Of a stretch of DNA of 64,000 nucleotides, positions 57,770 through 64,000 are shown piece by piece. Each line of letters starts with the position of its first letter. Within the stretch, counting starts at the first letter, position 1. Location: NCBI GenBank assembly GCA_951406725.2, contig OX597820.1:63116001-63180000 (forward strand). The letters run 5' to 3'. Origin of the DNA: Octopus vulgaris. Lineage: Eukaryota. The notes under the pieces are model-generated. The model was given only the letters and a program-made list of their open reading frames with translations, was not told where the DNA came from and did not search any database. A program made the position numbers and the translations under genes.

Positions 57770-58231
57770 ACAGGACACCACAAGAAGACGTAAAAATCAA
57801 CAGAAACGAAAACGGAAAAGCCATTTTGTTACAACAGAAGGACAGAGACGTGGAACAAGACGAAACGAAAACGGGAAAATAATTATGTACAGCAGAAAAA
57901 CGAAGTACAGGACATGCTGCACAAGGAAAAATCCCCTTCATCAGCTGTCGCTAGCAGACATAGCGTGTTTCGAAGGCAAGACAGAACACGTCTGGTCATG
58001 CGACGCCTTCGTACGAGAGAATTAAAGTAAAATAGCCTCGTAGAGGGGTAAAACGAGCAAGAAAAAATGTAACACAAAAAGGGACGTAACAAAGAACTGC
58101 ACAAAAAAATACAAGAAGAAAATAATACAAAATTAAAGATACATGTACAAGAAAATACAAAACGAGAATTAAATTACAATACGAGAAATCAAAATAAACA
58201 GGAGAACAAACGAAAAAGACGAACGAAGGCC
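57770..58231 (-). repeat. Purine-skewed interspersed element between (TA)n tracts, with permuted hammerhead-like boxes
   Basis: Sharp (TA)n boundaries. Minus strand contains ccttc-GAAAC-acgctat-GTC-tgctagcgacag-CTGATGA-agggg. Confidence 0.45.
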
Positions 58232-58359
58232 TATATATATATATACAGTAATCCCTCGACATATCTTGGTTCACCTATCGCGGTTAACTATTCAAGCTTC
58301 CGTCGATTCCTCCGTGGTGTTGTTTTGCAAATTATAATAAAATTATAATAAAATTAATA

Positions 58360-58566
58360 AGATGCAGCACGGATTTTTATCAGTGAACAGGTCGCGGCCT
58401 TATAGCGACGAAAATATTTTGACAAATTAAACTTAAATATTGTAGTGAATCGAACGGCTTTTGTGTATTTCTTAAAAGGCTTACAAACATCTTCCACGCT
58501 GCAATTGTTTTCGTTCCTGCACACCATCTCAGATCAAATGACTTGCTATGCAAGTACATCACCGTA
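58360..58566 (+). mobile_element. 207-bp non-coding retroelement-like insert with variant hammerhead, 13-bp TSD
   Basis: TSD aataaaattaata at 58347-58359 and 58567-58579. Homologous copies at 62775-62967(-) and 62968-63090(+). Confidence 0.85.
58376..58426 (+). ncRNA. Minimal type I hammerhead-like motif with G3:C8 core (GUGAACA)
   Basis: TTTaTCA-GTGAACA-g-GTCGC-ggccttata-GCGAC-GAA-AATATT-T-TGAcAAA. Confidence 0.7.
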
Positions 58567-58744
58567 AATAAAATTAATATATATATATATATAATATACA
58601 GTACTGTTTCTACTTCGCGGATTTTCACCCATCGCGTGATGTTTTGGAACATAACATCCGAAATCGTCGAGGGATTAGTGTATATTGCTATGCAGTTAGG
58701 TTTATGTCGGGTCATAGAGTAAGCAATGGTTTCGCATCAATCTA

Positions 58745-58802
<58 letters not shown>

Positions 58803-58907
58803 TACAAACATATTTATATGAATATGGGTGTGTGTGTGTGGGGGGTTGAAAGCGTGTGTATGAGTATATGTATATGTGTGTGTGTGCACGGGCGCGTAGG
58901 TAGATAT

Positions 58908-58933
58908 ATAAGTAGATAGACAGACAGACAGAC

Positions 58934-59015
<82 letters not shown>

Positions 59016-59077
59016 GTAGATAGATAGATAGATAGATGGATAGATAGAGAGATAGATAGATAGATAGAAAGATAGAG

Positions 59078-59138
<61 letters not shown>
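58908..59138. repeat. (GATA)n tetranucleotide microsatellite, one of very many simple repeats in the window
   Basis: Direct reading. Confidence 0.95.
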
Positions 59139-59519
59139 TACTAGTCGGTACACTTTACTTATGCTTATAGAGTAATGAAGAATTTTCGATAATAATTGCC
59201 TGGTATTTCTAGGAGATCGAACGACCCAGAATCATTACATTTGCTGACGCAATTAAATATTCTATCTTTAATTTTCAGTATCGAAGTACAGGAAAGAGTC
59301 AGTGTCCGTTTGATCAATTTGTTAAGAACACTTCTTTGAAGTTGTTCACCACCTTCTATCCTTTTATCGATTTTTACTTGAACTGGTATTTTTATCGATC
59401 AATGCTTGGTAGATTTTCATGATGGCATATTTGTCTTTTTGCTTCTATTTTTAGTGTTTTTGTCTTTTCCATTGACCCCATTTAAATATTCTCTTCAGCA
59501 TTACATCACCTTCTAATAT

Positions 59520-59780
59520 TGGTTGCAAATTTTGGCCCGAGAGCAGTAATTTTGGTACGTATTTCATCGGCCCCGAAAGGATGAAAAGCAAAGTCAACCT
59601 CGAGCTGAAATAAATGTATGTAGGGTTAGTCGATTACATCGCCCCAAGTGATTGCCTGGCACTTATTTTATCGACTACGAAAGGAAGATATACTAAGACG
59701 ATCGCTCGGAATTTGAACTCAGAGCGCAATGCTGGAAAAATGCGTAGAAGCATTTTGTCCGGCGTGCTAACGATTCTATC
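59520..59780 (-). mobile_element. SINE family C, diverged/duplicated fragments
   Basis: ccccgaaaggatgaaaagcaaagtcaacctcg and ggaatttgaactcagag...cggcgtgctaacgattct. Confidence 0.65.
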
Positions 59781-60760
59781 ATAAGAATCCATCCTCTTCT
59801 AGGCAAAAATGCTTGAAATGTTAGGTAAGAGCGATGCGGCACTGTGTGTGTTTATTATATATTTCTTGTGTATTCTCGATTGCTATAGTATTTGTATTTC
59901 TCTCCACATTTTGTGCAACTGAATTGCGTTTCTCAAGGCAGAAATAAAATTATTTTTCACACAGAAACATTTTACTGGAAATGAAATTCTGAATAACCGA
60001 AGTAGTCATAAATATCTCCCACCGTGAGTTACACAAACATTTTTTGTGATAGTTCTGTTTTTTGTTAATATATTTCAACATTTTAAAAATTCGTCTTTAG
60101 CGCTGAGGGTTGTGATTTCCTTTGTTAACAACGTATATAATTTTAGAGTCGATTTATCATAGCTTCCATTTTCAGCATTATTACACAGGCATCGTCATTT
60201 CTCGGATTACACGAAGAAGCTTACCGAAATGCTTACAAGTCAATGCTCTTGTCTCTTCCGATCCTATCATTCACTAATTACGGTGGTTAATCTCTGATTC
60301 TCGATAACAATATATTGAAGTTCTTGATGTATATCGTTTGTATTTATATCTGACACAACTGTACATGTCCGTGCGCCTAAATAAAAAGCAATATTTGCTT
60401 TAATTTCTTCTTAGTGACACGAAATAAGAGATAAATATAGCTCTATGCCTATAGGTTCGTGATCTATGCATGTCTCAATTCCATTGTGCAAGTTCATTTC
60501 TATGATATCTTCAAATGGTAGTTTCTATAGATTATATTCCATCGTGAATAAAATGTTATATATTGCATTGAATAGTTGTTTTAAATTCTTTCATCCTTTC
60601 ATTTGAAATCTAAAGCAATTGGCTACAAAGTTTTCACTTACATTCTATATATTGTTAGATTTTCCATATTATTGAAATGTCCAAAATTCCTAATATCCCA
60701 AAATAAATTTGCATAAGCTGAGGCAACATTTGTCAGCATTCTATTTACACACATATATAA

Positions 60761-60870
<110 letters not shown>

Positions 60871-61404
60871 GTGCGCAAGAATGTATTTCACTTAATTTAT
60901 AAGATATTTACAATATTATGTATTCAATTCCTGAATTCTTATTATTGATTTCTAACATAGCTCCAACATCTCAAAATTAATAGGAAACAGAGTTGATTAG
61001 ATCGACCTCAATAATCAAGTAAGTGTTAGTTCGTAGCCCACGGAAGAATATAAGGTCAAATCTAAATCTTCGGAATTTGAATACTGAATTTAAAGCTGCA
61101 TCACCAAATATCACATGACAATTTGCATCCTCTACCGATTCTTCGAAACTACTACCTCTCCGAACTGAATAGTATGAGCAATTCATCACCTAGAGCGATG
61201 CAATAGCAGACTTGGTAAGGTGGCAGAGAAAATGCTTTCTTTATTGAAATATCTAAGTTTTCAATTCCCTCGCTTTTGCCTATCACAATGTAAGGTTTCT
61301 GATTAAACACTTGCAATATAATGGAGATAAACTTCTATACGTTCTCCCGTGATGAAGTGAATATATGAAGACTACTGAGTGGGCATCGGGAGATTGTAAA
61401 GATA

Positions 61405-61434
<30 letters not shown>

Positions 61435-61437
<3 letters not shown>

Positions 61438-61835
61438 AAAATGGGACAAGAGCGCAAAACATCCAGACAGACGATACAAAGAAAACAAGGACGTGTCATT
61501 TGAAATTTTCTATCTTCAGTCGAGTTCCAGATTATTTTTGTAATTTCGACTGGTAATACACGAGAGAGATCCAATCTGGCCAGCCCCAAGGAAAAACTAA
61601 TCTAAGAGGATTAGGTTCCTTGGAAGAAAGCAACGAATGTATACGAAAACAAGGACGGAAAAAAAACAGAGAAATGTTACTCAAATACAAATTCAGTTAG
61701 CAGGACATAACAACAGTTGTTTTTAGACTAAGGACAAATTAAATTAAGCTGGCGTTTGTGGAACTAAAGCCTTACGGCAGGAACATAGGGTTTAACAGGC
61801 ACCTGGAGGAATATAGATGTTGCACGGATTGTAGT
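61435..61835 (-). repeat. Interspersed non-coding element between (TA)n tracts, possibly PLE-derived
   Basis: Complex sequence with sharp (TA)n boundaries and a composition like the neighbouring HHR elements. Confidence 0.4.
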
Positions 61836-61836
61836 A

Positions 61837-61904
<68 letters not shown>

Positions 61905-61993
61905 GGTAAGATAACAAAAGAAAGAAAGAGACCTCAATATTATGTAAATAGAGGAAATTTATCTATACAATATGTTACATTACTCGGTAGTCA

Positions 61994-62056
61994 AGATAAA
62001 ACTCTGAGTTTCAGATGCCGAAGTGGAAATCCACAACACCATCTCTTCGGTTATCT
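61994..62056 (-). ncRNA. Mirror copy of the hammerhead motif at 62639-62701
   Basis: Exact reverse complement within the palindrome. Confidence 0.7.
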
Positions 62057-62638
62057 GGCTATTTGAAAACGTTATGAAAAAATACCGTTAAAAATGAAGG
62101 GAAATTACTCTGTTATAACTCTGCTTTGCCTGCGTACTTATACATCGCTCGCATTTTTCGTCATAAAAATTATATAAAAATACATAAAAATATATAAAAT
62201 ATATAAAATCTTCTTGGGACATAACACAGAAAGCATGTTCTATCCGTTTTCTTTAGGGGACCAAAAACGTAACAGAAATTTAGTCACATGTGGGCATGAT
62301 CCGAAAAGCTCTGTCCTTGTATTTAGACCTGGCTTATCTGGAAAAGCAGCTTAGACCCTACCACATGTCTAAATACAAGGACAGAGCTTTTCGGATCATG
62401 CCCACATGTGACTAAATTTCTGTTACGTTTTTGGTCCCCTAAAGAAAACGGATAGAACATGCTTTCTGTGTTATGTCCCAAGAAGATTTTATATATTTTA
62501 TATATTTTTATGTATTTTTATATAATTTTTATGACGAAAAATGCGAGCGATGTATAAGTACGCAGGCAAAGCAGAGTTATAACAGAGTAATTTCCCTTCA
62601 TTTTTAACGGTATTTTTTCATAACGTTTTCAAATAGCC

Positions 62639-62701
62639 AGATAACCGAAGAGATGGTGTTGTGGATTTCCACTTCGGCATCTGAAACTCAGAGTTTTATC
62701 T
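62639..62701 (+). ncRNA. Type I hammerhead motif (U4 to C variant)
   Basis: AGATAA-CCGAAGA-GATG...CATC-t-GAA-ACTC-a-GAGT-T-TTATCT: perfect 6-bp stem I, near-palindromic stem III, GUU triplet. Confidence 0.7.
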
Positions 62702-62723
62702 TGACTACCGAGTAATGTAACAT

Positions 62724-62774
<51 letters not shown>

Positions 62775-62777
<3 letters not shown>

Positions 62778-63088
62778 GGAGATATACTTGCATAGCTAGT
62801 AACTTGATCTAAGATCGTGCGCTAGAGCGAAAACAACTGCAGCGTGGAAGGTGTTTTGAAGCCATTTAAGAAACACACAAAACCGTTAGATTCGCTTCAA
62901 CATTTAAATTTAATTTGTAAAACTATTTTCGTCGCTTTGAAACCGCGACCAGGTCACTGACAAAACTGATGCAGCACGAAGTTTTGTCAGTGAACAGGTC
63001 GCGGTCTCAAAGCGACGAAAATTTAAATGTTGAAGTTAATCTAACGGTTTTTGTGTGTTTCTTAAATGGCTTATAAACACCTTCCATG

Positions 63089-63090
<2 letters not shown>
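62775..63090. mobile_element. Head-to-head inverted pair of the 207-bp G3:C8 hammerhead family, flanked by (TA)n
   Basis: 62775-62967 is the reverse complement of 58372-58566; 62968-63090 is a forward copy starting gatgcagcacg and truncated at (TA)n. Confidence 0.88.
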
Positions 63091-63150
<60 letters not shown>

Positions 63151-63156
63151 TATATA

Positions 63157-63870
63157 CAGGGTGCGATGAGAAGTTGTCACTATTTTATATTTTTTATTAC
63201 GCTCACATTGTTTATTTTTTATTTTGTCGACTACAGTGTATAGTAGAGTCCATTGAGAGTCATCTGTGAGAAAAACACCCCCGTTACGTAATTCACCAGC
63301 TAAAGCATCCAGTTAACGCCATGATGTTTGGAGTAATCGCCAGTGATGGCGACGTTATGCCTCCATTCACCTTCCCACACGGCCTCAGAATCAATACGGA
63401 TGCCTGGAGGAGGTAGTGCTGCTCTGCCTAAAGATGGTGGCAACTGGAAGACCCTATGTCTGACAACAGGACTCTGCACCATGCTACGCAAGCAGGAGAA
63501 CCCAGACATGGCCGATAGACAATTTCTGCGACCACATCACCCCTAACGTCTGACAACCTAACTCCCCAGACTGTAACCCCCTTGATTATTATTTGTGGGG
63601 CACAGTTCAGCGAGAAACCAATAAAACTTCTTGTAACACCACAGATGAACTGAAGGCAAGGATTATGGCAGCACTCGCCAACATAAACAAGGTGACCGTC
63701 CAGAAGAGCTGCATAAGATTCCGAAGTTATTTGGAAGCAGTGCGTAAAGCCAATGGCGATTTCATTTACTCTTTAGCATTTTAAGATATTTTTCTATAAT
63801 TTTGGTAAATATATCTGTTAAAATGAGATGTCAGTGTTATTTTCATTTTTACCGTAATTTAGACGAGAGT
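63157..63870 (+). mobile_element. Degenerate Tc1/mariner-superfamily (maT/DD37D-like) transposon fragment
   Basis: ta|cagggtgcg left end. Translation KHP...MMFGVIASDGDVMPPF.FP.GLRIN...QQDSAPC...PNSPDCNPLDYYLWG.V.RETNK...CIRFRSYLEAV..ANGDFI. Confidence 0.88.
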
Positions 63871-63947
63871 TTATATATATATACACAGAGATAGATAGAT
63901 AGAGAGAGAAAGAGAGAGGGAGAGAGAGTGAGAATGATACATTGCAC

Positions 63948-64000
63948 AGTCGGTTACGACGACGACGGTTGCAGTTGATCCGATCAGCGGAATATCCTGC
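63948..64000 (-). mobile_element. SINE family A 3' end (runs off window)
   Basis: gtcggttacgacgacgacggtt.cagttgatccgatca matches 27625-27680. Confidence 0.7.

Larger units (their letters stand above)
58246..58680 (+). mobile_element. Tigger/pogo-like MITE (TA TSD) interrupted by a 207-bp hammerhead element
   Basis: TIRs ta|cagtaatccctcgac ... gtcgagggattagtg|ta; related copies at 11150 and 57320 lack the insert. Confidence 0.85.
61901..62731. mobile_element. Near-perfect palindromic element: arms 61964-62328 and 62367-62731 (365 bp), 38-bp spacer, hammerhead motif in each arm, inserted in (TA)n
   Basis: Arms are reverse complements with no mismatch seen. HHR at 62639-62701(+) with its mirror at 61994-62056(-). 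Confidence 0.9.

Overview
AT-rich, microsatellite-laden eukaryotic non-coding DNA. The repeat families suggest a coleoid cephalopod such as Octopus (inference). No intact host protein-coding gene is visible, and nearly all listed ORFs are (TA)n/(CA)n/(TAT)n/(CAT)n artefacts. The window holds decayed transposons: an R4/Dong-type RLE retroelement, an L1/Tx1-type LINE, an RTE LINE, two Tc1/mariner relics, MITEs and about 15 tRNA-derived SINE copies. Most notably, it holds several Penelope-like element (PLE) coding remnants plus a set of short non-coding elements carrying minimal type I hammerhead ribozyme (HHR) motifs. These include a TSD-flanked 207-bp family whose HHR core has a compensatory G3:C8 swap (GUGAACA), a TSD-flanked tRNA-head SINE with an HHR tail, and three fold-back elements with one HHR in each arm. 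There is also an apparently perfect 701-bp inverted duplication starting inside a mariner TIR. All alignments and folds were done by eye, and ribozyme activity is untested.
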